This document shows positions 52,733-64,000 of a DNA stretch of 64,000 nt, piece after piece. Within the stretch, counting starts at the first letter, position 1. Each line of letters starts with the position of its first letter. Under the pieces are notes generated by a model. It was given only the letters and a program-made list of their open reading frames with translations, ran no database searches and had not been told where the DNA came from. Both the position numbers and the translations under genes were made by a program. Source of the DNA: Balanoglossus misakiensis (taxonomy: Eukaryota; Animalia; Hemichordata); NCBI GenBank assembly GCA_040954595.2, contig CM082595.2, forward strand, positions 3,829,943 to 3,893,942, given 5' to 3'.

Positions 52733-55700
52733 GTACATTGTTGCCAAACACAGTCCGATATCTTGACTAAAGTAAAGTGTATATTTTTAAAATCTCCAGG
52801 CGTAATTGTAAAGGGAATCCTAATTGCCTGGCTGGATTAGGTGAAAGTTTGTGGTTAGGGGAAATTGATGACGACAGTTGGCATGAGATCGAAGACCCCA
52901 ATGTGGAGAGGAGAGCGGAGGTAAGCAGTGATAAGTACAATGCCATAGTCAACTTGTCGTCATTGTTCAATAAATTAACCCTCCAAACTATTTCCACAGT
53001 TTTTCTCAATGTTTGATCAAGACCTGTATAAGGTATATTTGTTATAACTCTGATATTTTACAGGGTTCCTTTGTTGGGCTGAAGAACTTAGGAGCGACTT
53101 GCTATGCGAATACTCTACTTCAGGTAAACACCTTCACTGTGTACTGTGTGTTGATGAGTTTGTAGGGGCTGTGAATACATGTAATTAAAACATGCACATC
53201 ACCACAATGGTTCAGTCCAAATCTATTGTTTTCTATGGTAAGATTGGACCTCTAAAGAGGGAACTGGGGGTGAAAGGGTTAAAAGTGTTAAAAAGTGTTT
53301 GTAATGATTATGACGAATATTTCAAAATGCCCTTGTAGGTGTGGTTTCACAATGAAGAATTCCGGAAAACAATGTACAAGTGGATGCCACAAGGCCGCGA
53401 CAGAAACAGAGGTAAGTAAGCATTTACAATAGGAAACACAAAGCTTGCGAAGCAGCTTATACAATTGTTAGTAAAATACATGACTGAATTACTTTTATGA
53501 TTGCCCCGCTAGTTATCGCTACACAGAACTTCGTAGGACTCTGTAAACTAAACAGACTACAAACTAAAAATGATTCTTCTCTTTTCACAGGAAACACCAC
53601 AAAGAACAGTTCTTCGAAATCTCAAGCATTCTCCCTCAGTAATTCCGACACAGCTTTAAACTATTCGTCAGACGTTCCTGAGTTGGTGAGGACACAAGTC
53701 GGTGGTTCCACGAGTCAAGGACAGGCTGACAGCACCAATAGCAGTCAAGGACATGTATGTGAGCCAAGACTTGCTGGATCTGGTGATGGTAGGTGATATG
53801 AAACAGTGACTATGATTGGTTGTGTGTATGTATGCAAAAAGTGGATTTACAAACAAGATACCCTGATTGGTTACCAGAAATTGCTTATAGTATTTCCTTT
53901 GTCACTTTATAATTTTTGCAAACAGATGATAATAGAAATGATACACAGTGCATAATATTACTGTTCCCTAATGTTAAAGATTATACTGTCTCGACTTGGT
54001 TTTGTTCAAAAATTTATGTATATTTTTTTTACTTTTCTGAAAAGTACCAAGTTGTGTGGAAAAGAGTTCATCAAACTCGCCTCAAAAGCCTGTGCCGAAG
54101 ATGACCCTGCATGACGAAGACTTGGCACCAACCACTGTGTGTGGCCATCTTCAGTTGCTGTTTGCATTGCTTGAATATAGCAAGAGAAGGTCAGTTGTAT
54201 TTTTCTTGCTAGAAGCCAGTCACAATGATAATAAAACACTGATAATTAATTTTGCTTGACACATCAAGCATTTGTCTTTTTATTTTTTCTGCTCCTTAAT
54301 TTGTGAAATATTTGGCGTTGTCTGACTGTCTATTTTCATATTGCAGGTACATAGACCCCTCTGCTTTCATTGACTGTCTAGGATTGGACGCTGCCTTGCA
54401 ACAGGTAAGGAAAATCGCATCTTACAATAAAACCCTGCTACTTTGGAAATCCGAGCGTCCTCGGTTTTGATAGGGACTTAAGAACTCCATTTTACATGTA
54501 GGGTTTTTGAATGAAAAATCAAGCAGTTATTGTCTCTTCTGTTTTTCAGGATGCCCAAGAATTTAGTAAATTATTAATGTCTTTGTTGGAAGAGATGCTG
54601 CAAGACCAGCCCAACATAACAGTCCGGAATGTGGTACAGCAACAGTTTAGTGGAGAATATGCCTATGTTACAAAGTGAGTATCGATTCACATGTTTATGA
54701 GATTTAGGGAAAATTTGACCATATTGGATCGTATCACAGTACATAAAAGTTATAGTGTGTAGTCTTACAAACGATATGAAACTTGTCTCCTATTTTCGTC
54801 TCAAAAAGAAATGAAACTCAAGGATGTCTGGTATATACATGTATAAATTGTATATACATAAGAACTCACTGTTATTATTTTACTGTTATATGGTATTATG
54901 TAAACAATGCTTTGTTGAAACTAAACAATTGTGAGGCAGTATCTCTCATGACTATTCCAATCAAACTCAAGGATGTCTGCAATATACATGTATATACAAG
55001 ACCTCACTATTATTATTTTCTATTATATGGTTATGTGTAGACAGTGCTTTGGTGAACCTGTAACCAATTATGATGCAGTATCTCTCACGACCATTCCATG
55101 ATTGTCACAGGTGCAATAACTGCGGAGGAATCTCTCAGCGACTCTCCAAATTCTACGAATTAGATTTGAACATCCAAGGTCACAAGCAACTCAGCGAGTG
55201 TCTTCAAGAATTCCTCCAAGAAGAGAAGTTAGAGGGCGCTAATCAGTACCACTGCGAACGCTGCAATTCGAAACAGAATGCGTCGCGGAGAATACAGCTA
55301 CACAGACTGCCTAACGTACTCAATTTACAGTTACTTAGATTTGTATTTGACAGGTATGTAACCATTGTTTTACAGGCAATTCTCATTACCTTAAATAGGT
55401 GTTTGCTCCCTAGGTGACTGATGAAAATATCATATGGTCGACACATTTTCAAGATGGTGAATTTTTGACATTTTTAACAAATGGTAGTTCATAAGAAAAA
55501 ACTACTAGTCTGGTCATAACATTGCTGTTTTCTGATCTGTGCTTTATTTTCAACAGACAAAGTGGCCATAAAAAGAAACTTAACACCTATCTACAATTTC
55601 CTGAAGTGTTGGACATCACACAGTACTTGGATAACAAAGGTAAGATTTAATGTTTTGATCATCATCTGCAATGAAGACTTACAGTAATATTTTCTAGCCA

Positions 55701-58700
55701 CAATACTATGAGCAAATAAAAGCTTCTTCCTTGTCACCATTGAGAACAATTGGATCATTCTATCATATTGAATGTAGTAGGGATGTATTTTTGAGTTGCT
55801 CACCATTCTTGACTTTTTTCAGATGTTGAAGTACAGTATGATCTGACAGCTGTCTTGATCCATAGAGGGCCGAGCGCATACTCTGGGCATTACATAGCTC
55901 ACATCAAGGACAAAAAAAGTGGTACGTGGTACAAGTTTAACGATGAAGAAATTGAGAAAATGGGCGGCAAGAATTTGAAACTGGGAAGTGAAGAAGACAT
56001 TGAAGGTATGAGACCAGTAGCTTGTCTTTTGGAAGAACCCCTCAGATAAAATATGGTTATCACTGTCTAATCTGAAAACCTGTCTATAATGAACAGCTTT
56101 CCTAGTAACATTCACATCCAAATCATCCGCTCATTGCGAGATCTTCCGAGATTTGGTTAATTACTGTAGCAGCAGGTTGGTAGCCAAGTAGTACAATTGA
56201 GCTTTGTATGTGAACTTTCTTATTTTCAGACGGTGGACCAAAGCCTCCCAAGAAACCCAAGTTGATGAAGGGATACCATGCGTCAAGGAATGCCTACATG
56301 TTGGTGTATAACATCCGGCAAGAACAAGGTGAAGATTCACACTGCTTGCTATGTTTAATATTTGTGAATACAGTCATTACCCTTTCACCAACATGGTTTG
56401 ATCCAAATCCATTGCTTTGTGTGGCAAAGTTGGACCTCTGTATAGGAAGCTGGGGGTGAAAGGATTAATAATTTGTGTTTTCACATTGTTTGTGTTTGAT
56501 AGTACCAAACGGCACACCAGAGACAGAAGATGAAGAAATACAGTTATCAGAGGAACTGCAAGAGTTGGTCATGGGGGACAATCAGAAGTTTGAAGATTGG
56601 GTGAAGGAGATGACTCAGATGAGGGTAAGACGTCCCAATAAATTTGCAAAGAAAATCAAATCTAGAAAAAAAATCACAGTTTATTAGCTACAGCATTATT
56701 GTTTATTTCCAACTAATCACATAATTTCTTCCTTTTCATGAAGGAAATTAATGTTCTGAGTGGCAAAGCACGTCACAATGAGATCAGACATCTCTACAGT
56801 CAGCTACTACCAAGAGAAGGTAAGGTCCCTATATCTGTCTTCCATGGTCTCGACTGTGTTCTGTGTGTTTTGTTGATTGTCTATGCTGGAAAATAGACAA
56901 TTTCGACCTCAAGTGAAAAATAACAAAAACTTCTTGGAAGATGTGCAGTCTTGAATGATTTTCAACCCTGGATGTAAACCATTGAACCGCAATGCTGTCA
57001 TAGTGTCTCATCTGCTGTTGTTTCACGGCAAAACTCTTTGCAGGTGACTATGTACATGCAGAGTGGCTGACAGTGGACTGGCTGAAGCAGTGGATGGCCG
57101 ACAGTAATACGGTGTGTCCGAAAGTGGAGAACGCCAAACTCCTCTGTATCCACGGCAACGTGGATCCGGACAAAATCAACGATGCCAAACTGATAAGCAT
57201 ACAAGCAGTAAGTAACGAATGTGTGATCCTTGAATCAGTAGCATGATGACTTGTGTCGAGTTGAAAATACATGTGGACATTTTTGTTATAGATTTGATAT
57301 CGCAGTATTGTAAAGCACATGTCAGGAAGGAATATGACAGAACTCTACAACCTGTGCATGTTATCTGTGCAATACAAAAGTTATTTTCATGAGTAATGCA
57401 GTGTATCATGTGGCAATGAGTGAAAATATTGCAGAATTCTCTACACAAGTCTCTCCATCCTTGTCCCCAGGCAGATATCATTTTCACAAACTACGGGGGT
57501 GGGCCACGGATCACCGGGGGCTTGCTTTGCAAACAGTGTGTAGTGGAACGGTGCCAGCTGCTCAGGACCAAACTACGAGTGGCTGAAGATTATAAAGTGA
57601 TCAACAATCTGACTAAGAACAAGACAGAAAGGTGAGAATAGTAGTTTTCAACTTTAAAGATTTATACGATTTATAATGTACTGATACCTTGATGTTATGT
57701 GTCTCGTGATTAAATACTGTCATGATATTTCTTATCATTGTCTTTGTTTTTTTTTGCAGTGGGTTTTGGATTGGCAAATGTTCATTTCGTTCCTGGAGGA
57801 GACTCGTCCTGAGTAAACTCGAAAACAACAACGCCAATGGCAACCTGGATGAGAAAGATACAGAAGAAATTTCCAAAACAACAGGTGAATGATCTGTTTG
57901 ATAATGTTGTGTATTTTGCTTCTGCATTGTAACATTATTATTTACTTTTTGCTATGAATGCAGCAAAATCATATATCTAGTGAAAAAGTGCAAAATTAAT
58001 TGACAGGAATTTTTGTCTTGTTTGTTTGACTTGTCAGAGTTGAAACCTTCACAGGAAAGCAGTAAAGGCAGTGTGGATGAAGATTCATCAGAGGAAGATT
58101 GGGATTTCAATGAAGACATTCTTTGCCCGCACGGTATGAGATACTATATGGAATTCTTCTGTGATAACACTGGACCTATTGGCTTTTTGTAGACGATGAT
58201 GGTGATGGCGGTGGTGGTGATGATGATGATGATTTTTTTATTTTACAGGTAATGCATGATTACATGCTTGCATGTGAGAAATTCTCCATTTGTAGATGTT
58301 CATATTCCTTGTTCATTTGTATTTTTTCTCAGGGAGCCTCAGTACAGACGAAACCTGCAGACGTCTCGTATCGGAAGAAGTTTGGGAAAGACTCCGGCAT
58401 TATTTCCCAGATGCACCGGAATTTTTATCCATGGTACAGCCGTGTTCAGCATGCCAGGTAAATCGGAAAATCCACCACGGATAAGATTCCCTAAAATTAG
58501 AATTAATCCTGAATGAGTACTGTTTCTCTGTTACATCAAGTAAAACAATTTGAAGACAGTTGTCTTGCTTTTTTAATAGATGACAGACAAGGCAGATGAG
58601 GAGAGCAGTGAATACAATAAAAGGATAGCAACGGAACAGAAAACAGCATTAACACAACTTTATCATGATAGAAACAGACCATCCTGGGTGAAAAAGGTCA

Positions 58701-61088
58701 GTATTTAATTTACCCTTGGACATGAAAACCTCGTCTTATGTCAACACTTTCAAAAGATGCTCAAAAACTTGCTTTTTCAAGAGAACATTTTCATTATTAT
58801 TTTATTGTTCGTGAACATTTCCTGTTTTACAGTCTTTACATTTGTGTGTTTCTGTTCAACATTCAGGATGTGAATCATGTTTTTGTCGTCACGAGTTACT
58901 TCCTCGAAGCCTGGAGGAAGTTCATCAAGCAACCGCTGAGAAACCCACAGGTGTCACAGATCAACAACTCAATGTTACTGTGCTCTCATCGCAAACTTCT
59001 GTTCCATCCGGACCTGCTTGACTACAAGAGTATGAACATGTAAGTGAAGAGTTCTGGAGCCAAATTGTCTCATATTTGAAATTCAAAATGGCCGCCATCT
59101 CATGAAATTCAAAATGGCCGCCATCTCAATGTTAAGTCTATGGGGAAAGTTTCAAAATGGCGGTTTTCATGAAAACAAGACAATGAACAGCTAGTTTTTC
59201 TTTTGTTTACAAAAAGGCTGAAGCTGATAGTGTATCAATACTTGTTGAGTATATGCTCTTGCATTACTTCACTGAGATACGTGGTCTGGTCAGTTCAAGT
59301 CACTGAATAATTAAATGGCTTGATATTTTGTATCTATTGCAAACCAGGGTGTCGTACATTTGGCCACAAGAATGGGATATTCTCAAAGCAATGTTTCCAG
59401 TTGATCATGCAATAGAGGTAACCAGGGTAACAGAAGGTGATGGCAAAACAAGAAGATTTATATGTTTTCCAGGTAAAACAATTAAACATCTTAGAAAGGA
59501 TTTGATTGGTCATTCTTGACAAACTAGCACGTGATCTAGAAGAAAGATTTTGGTTGGCCAATTTTAACAAAGTAACTGACAAATCAGCTTACAGCAGACT
59601 ACAAGGAGACACTGGTATTGCTATGCTACATGGACATTCATTGGCTGCTTGATTATGATTTCTGACGTTTCATTTTTTGTATTCTTGATTTTTTTTGTAG
59701 AGATTTGCGAAGAGTGCATATCACTGCAAATCAGCAAAGAGGAAATGGAGCGGAAGGAATATACAGAGGAAACTATTTACATACGGAAGCTGACAGACAC
59801 AGAGAAGCCAAACTTTGCTCTCTTAGAAGGTCTGGATGATGCAGCTGACGTCAGTGATGGCGGATTTAGAGATGATGCTGATCCTGATTTTACACAGGTC
59901 AGTGAACTGTTTTAGAACCACATGTTAAAAGAATCCCTATAAACTGGACACCTGCAAACAGAACAATTTCTTAAGTCCATTTTGTGTTCGGTTTGGAAAG
60001 GTTTACTGTCATAGATGGCATAAATCTTCATCAAGTTTTAAGTTAAATCAACAACTAGCCAATGACTGAACTGGTGAGCCTACCATGCTCCATTTGAAAA
60101 GTGTGAGCAGTCCTGCTCCACATGTTACATCCCATAACCAAACATACCCCTTTCACTACCATGGTTTGGTCCAATTTCATAGTTCTCAAAAGCAATGGAG
60201 GACCACTGTACAAGGAAATAGGGATGACAAGATGTTGGTTTTGTATCATGTTGCAGGACAGCAAAGGCAAGAAGAATCTTACCAGTCAAGAGAAGCAAAT
60301 CAGGAGAAGTTCGCGGCATCGGAGAACGCGAGGGGAAAAACAAATCACAGTGTCGGCGTCTGAGACACTCAAAGAATTAAAACTTAAGGTGAGAGCTCGC
60401 AGTCACGTTCTGCCTGGAATATTTGCTGCCCCTGCCAACATTGTTTTGAACATTCCTGACGATTCATACAGTATTTATGACACGTACCGATGGAAATTTG
60501 ATTTCAGGTGATGAACGCGTTTAGCGTGGCACCGTTTGACCAGCATCTCATGTTTGAAAGTGGTCGCCACCTTGTGGATGATACAGCGACCCTGGCTGAC
60601 CTTGGTGTGACCCCGGGCGAAGTACTTTATCTGAAGGTTGACCTGCCCTGTGAGGATCCCCTTCTCATGGACGACATCATCAAAGGTAAGTTTTCACCTT
60701 TCTCCACCACGGTTTGGTCCAAATCCATTGTTTTCTGTGGTAAAGTTGGACCCCTATACAAGGAAAGTATTCCTCCCTTTTTAAAGAAACTTCTCTAACC
60801 CTTTCTTTGTATTATTTCTCAGCATGTGCACCAGAAGAGGGTTTCAAAGGTGAGGACAAATATATTTCAACAATAAATTATGAAGTTCAACAGTATGATA
60901 GTCTAGAATCCAGACTGGGCCCAACTGTGTGTGTTGTTTCATGGACATGACTGTGCCTCTGTCTATTTCATGTGCATCTCATGGTCTTCTACAAGTGAAA
61001 CTTGTCTCCCATTTTCATAATCCTGTAAAATAGAAATCCAACTCTGTGATTTGTTGCGTTCACAGGAACTGGTCTCCTTAGAAGTTAG
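52334..61088 (+). CDS. USP48: Ubiquitin carboxyl-terminal hydrolase 48, complete multi-exon CDS
   Basis: Start [41 protein letters not shown]. Cys box [23 protein letters not shown], His box [34 protein letters not shown]-like repeats and a ubiquitin-like domain ([10 protein letters not shown]). C-terminus PEEGFKGTGLLRS with stop at 61086-61088. Confidence 0.95.
52685..52731. repeat. (GAT)n microsatellite
   Basis: GAT run in the first coding-region intron of USP48. Confidence 0.93.
53185..53282 (+). mobile_element. ~90-bp TTAA-flanked MITE copy
   Basis: Same core (atggtt..tccaaatc.attg..ttggacctct..gggggtgaaagggttaa) as 27388-27479. Confidence 0.7.
56377..56468 (+). mobile_element. ~90-bp TTAA-type MITE copy
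   Basis: ttaccctttcacc ... gggggtgaaaggattaa; same family. Confidence 0.7.
59076..59172. repeat. Short interspersed-repeat fragment with repeated TTCAAAATGGC motifs
   Basis: tgaaattcaaaatggccgccatctca twice, plus a third ttcaaaatggcgg, in a USP48 intron. Confidence 0.6.
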
Positions 61089-61524
61089 GAGAAGACAGAA
61101 ATCAGGAGCATTTAATTATAAATAGTTTCTTCATGTTGATGTTAGTTAATGTCCAGTGTAGTTGAGGATTGTCTATTTGTATCTTGTGTCCACACTGCAC
61201 TTTAAATCCTCACATTTCATATTTTTGTGTGTTGTTCATATTTGCAATGTTTTTTTTTTCTTTTCAAGAGGCATTCTCCATTTCTGACAAAGAGCACATA
61301 CTATGAAGTTGATATTTTTTTAGATGTTATAAAGTGTGTGTTCTAAATATTTCAGTTAGATTGTAATTTATCTGTTGTATCACTTTGTCTTCTGATGCTA
61401 GATCTTATTTTACATTAAGATAAGGAGTGGTAACCTGACTCCCTAGCTAGTTCAGATAACCAGCCAGTATTCCACATTTGAGTTTTGTCATTTTTCTCCT
61501 CATATCAACATTTTTGTGACATTA

Positions 61525-61787
61525 GGCTGGGGTGTAATAAACCTGGCCCCTTAGCTCATTCGTATATAGCTTGCCAAGATTGTAATTTATTCGTTGTGCC
61601 ATTTCATCTTATGCCAAGTCTTGTTGTTGTACGTTAAATTGGGGTGTTCTTACCTGACCCCTTAGCTCATTCATATATAGTTTGCCAAGATTGTAACTTG
61701 TCTGTTGAACCAACTCATCTCAAGGCAAGTCTTGTTATTTTATATTATTAAGTTAGGGTATTCTTATCTGGACCCTTAAAACTCATT
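61525..61787. repeat. About 110-bp diverged tandem duplication (about 2.3 copies) in the USP48 3' region
   Basis: ccccttagctcattc.tatatag.ttgccaagattgtaa recurs near 61547 and 61657, with a partial third copy near 61773. Confidence 0.75.
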
Positions 61788-62707
61788 AAGCTACAACTAG
61801 CCTCTTACTTCGTGTACCTCATCTGACTGCTTGATTTGATGTTTTAATGTGAGTCTTTACTCGTGCGTTGTACCACTTGTGAAGTGAAGGAATTTGATTC
61901 CTTGAAGGATAAAATGGATGCAAGAATTATGAGCACTCAAGTCAAGCTGGGAAGAATCCTGCAAGCCACAGTTATGTCTGGAAGATTTTTGTGCCAAAAG
62001 GAGAGAACATTTGAACCGATAACAGTGTATCCTGTAAATCAGTTGAGTCACACAGTTATTAAAAATTCTGACTGATAAATTCATGTTCGATGTCCTACGG
62101 AACTTGCAACACAATTTTACTTGTACAGGAATCATACATGAGATAGGACACATTCTGGCGACTCTTTCAACCATGGAAAAACGAGACAGACAATTAAAAT
62201 GACAGGTTATACTGTTTGTAATAATTTATTTTACACATAATTCAATAAATGAATGTTCCAATGGCATAAAAATCTGAATAACAGATGTTCTGATGCTAAG
62301 TTGTAACTCTAAGTCACTGTATTTGGTGCAAAAGTAAATATCTGATGACAAAAAAATAAAATGGCTGATGTGAGATATGATATTATAATTCATATGACTA
62401 CACAACTCTAAGTAAATTGTCTTTATTATGTTGTTTATGCCATGGAAAAAATTAGAAGACTGGTAGTGGTTTTTGCACTGTCAAATTTTGAAAATGTGCC
62501 ATTTTAGCAGACTCGTAAGAATAGTATACAAGTTGGCTTTATGAAAACCATTTTTCTGTGGGATGACCACCTGCTGATGCCTTGATTAACATGCAAATGA
62601 CTTCATTATTGTCCAATGACACTGCAGTGCTGATCTTCGAACGCTATTACCGGTACTGGGCAAAGTAATTATTGGATAAGAATATAGAGTCGTGCTGGAA
62701 AATTGTT

Positions 62708-63856
62708 TTAAGACTTTTGCTGGAGGTCAAATTCTTCTTCAAGGATCTTCTTGTATTCGTCGAATCCACCATCCATGCGTTTCACAGTTCCCTTGCCGCA
62801 TACCCACAATTCCTTGCAAATCATTCGGATCAGCCGTTCGTCGTGAGAAACGAGAATGACACCGCCCTGGTAAAGAAAGACAATTCAAATTCAACACATT
62901 AGGTTTGGTCACTATTTTATATACGGGCGCCTTTTTCATTTGGTCATTACCATATTTTGAAGCAGTTATGCCATATTTGGGAACAGTCGCACCATTTTAG
63001 GAATCGTATTGGCTAAGATGACACGTTTTACATCTGTCACACACATCAAATCTTGATTAATTCATTTCACTGAGTTCAACAAACAAGTATTATTACTTAC
63101 TTTGAATTTATTGAGTGATTTTCCAAGCGCCTCGATAGTCTCCATGTCTAAATGATTGGTGGGTTCATCTAATATTAGGTAGTTTGGGCTGACGAGAAAG
63201 AGGAAACATCAACTCAAATGAAGATTGATGTGATGTGGAAATTATAAAAATAGAATAATAATGCAATTAATTATCAACTGTATTAATGACTATGTCACTT
63301 ACTTGCTCATACACATCAGGGCAAATGCAACTCGACTTTTCTGACCTCCGGATAGACTGGTCACTGACCTTAGAGGAAGGTCGCCGGACACGCCGAAGCC
63401 ACCCAGGGCATGGCGATAGAATTCGGTCGGTTTGCCTGTAATGGATGTTGGAGATATTTAGGGTCACATTTGCGTCGGTTTGATATGTAACTGTGTAGGG
63501 AGGGGCGGTGCTAAAGAAAAGAAATTATGAGGGGGGGGGGCAATAAAATGATAAATTATGTCATAATTTTTTTTTGGGGGGGGCATAGAAAAAAATTGAA
63601 TATCCTCTGGCCCCCCTGGAAGTAAATTCTGGACACTCCCTTATAAGAATGAGCCTTGTTGTGAGGGCAACTGACCTTTGAACCTGGAAGACATTAATTC
63701 CAATGATGTCATGTCCATGTCAAGTTGATCCACATGGTGCTGGCTGAAATAGCCGATCTTCAGGTTTCTATGGACGTGTCTGATTCCCTTGATGGGAGTG
63801 AGTTCGCCGAGAAGAATCTTTAATAACGTCGTTTTTCCCATTCCATTTTCACCGAC
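62708..63856 (-). CDS. ABCF3: ATP-binding cassette subfamily F member 3 (3' part, second ABC domain)
   Basis: Exons at about 63856-63676, 63435-63303, 63189-63101 and 62866-62708. Walker [12 protein letters not shown]-loop [11 protein letters not shown], signature LSGGQKSR, Walker [12 protein letters not shown]-loop VSHD. Stop at 62708-62710; the gene continues beyond the window. Confidence 0.92.
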
Positions 63857-64000
63857 CTGGTAGGAAAATAACGGTAAGAAAAGTTATGTTGTAATGACAC
63901 AGACTGAGTCTATGAGATGAGGAATGGGTAAAACACAGTACCCAAGATCTTGCCTGAAAATAACAGAATTTACGAAACCCTGGAGCAACTTACAATGCAT

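Overview
Eukaryotic, intron-rich, AT-rich genomic DNA from an invertebrate animal. A marine deuterostome such as a hemichordate is my guess from gene style and repeats, and is unverified. Eight spliced or single-exon genes lie in strictly alternating orientation: PDE9-type cGMP phosphodiesterase (+, 5' end outside the window), PIK3R4/VPS15 (-), a single-exon four-finger C2H2 gene (+), LPCAT3 (-), a secreted multicopper oxidase fused to an F-type-lectin-fold domain and a CUB domain (+), a TRESK/TWK-like two-pore K+ channel (-), USP48 (+) and the 3' part of ABCF3 (-). Between the channel and USP48 sits a 3.7 kb tandem array of about 6.7 units of 555-564 bp. Each unit carries a perfect 37-bp palindrome and a tRNA-Lys-like Pol III A/B-box cassette, and a Helentron-like 3' terminus follows the array. 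Introns carry small MITE families, one nested inside another. The most notable items are the laccase-FTP-CUB architecture and the tRNA-like palindromic array. All gene models were spliced and translated by eye; no database searches were run, and family assignments rest on recalled motifs.
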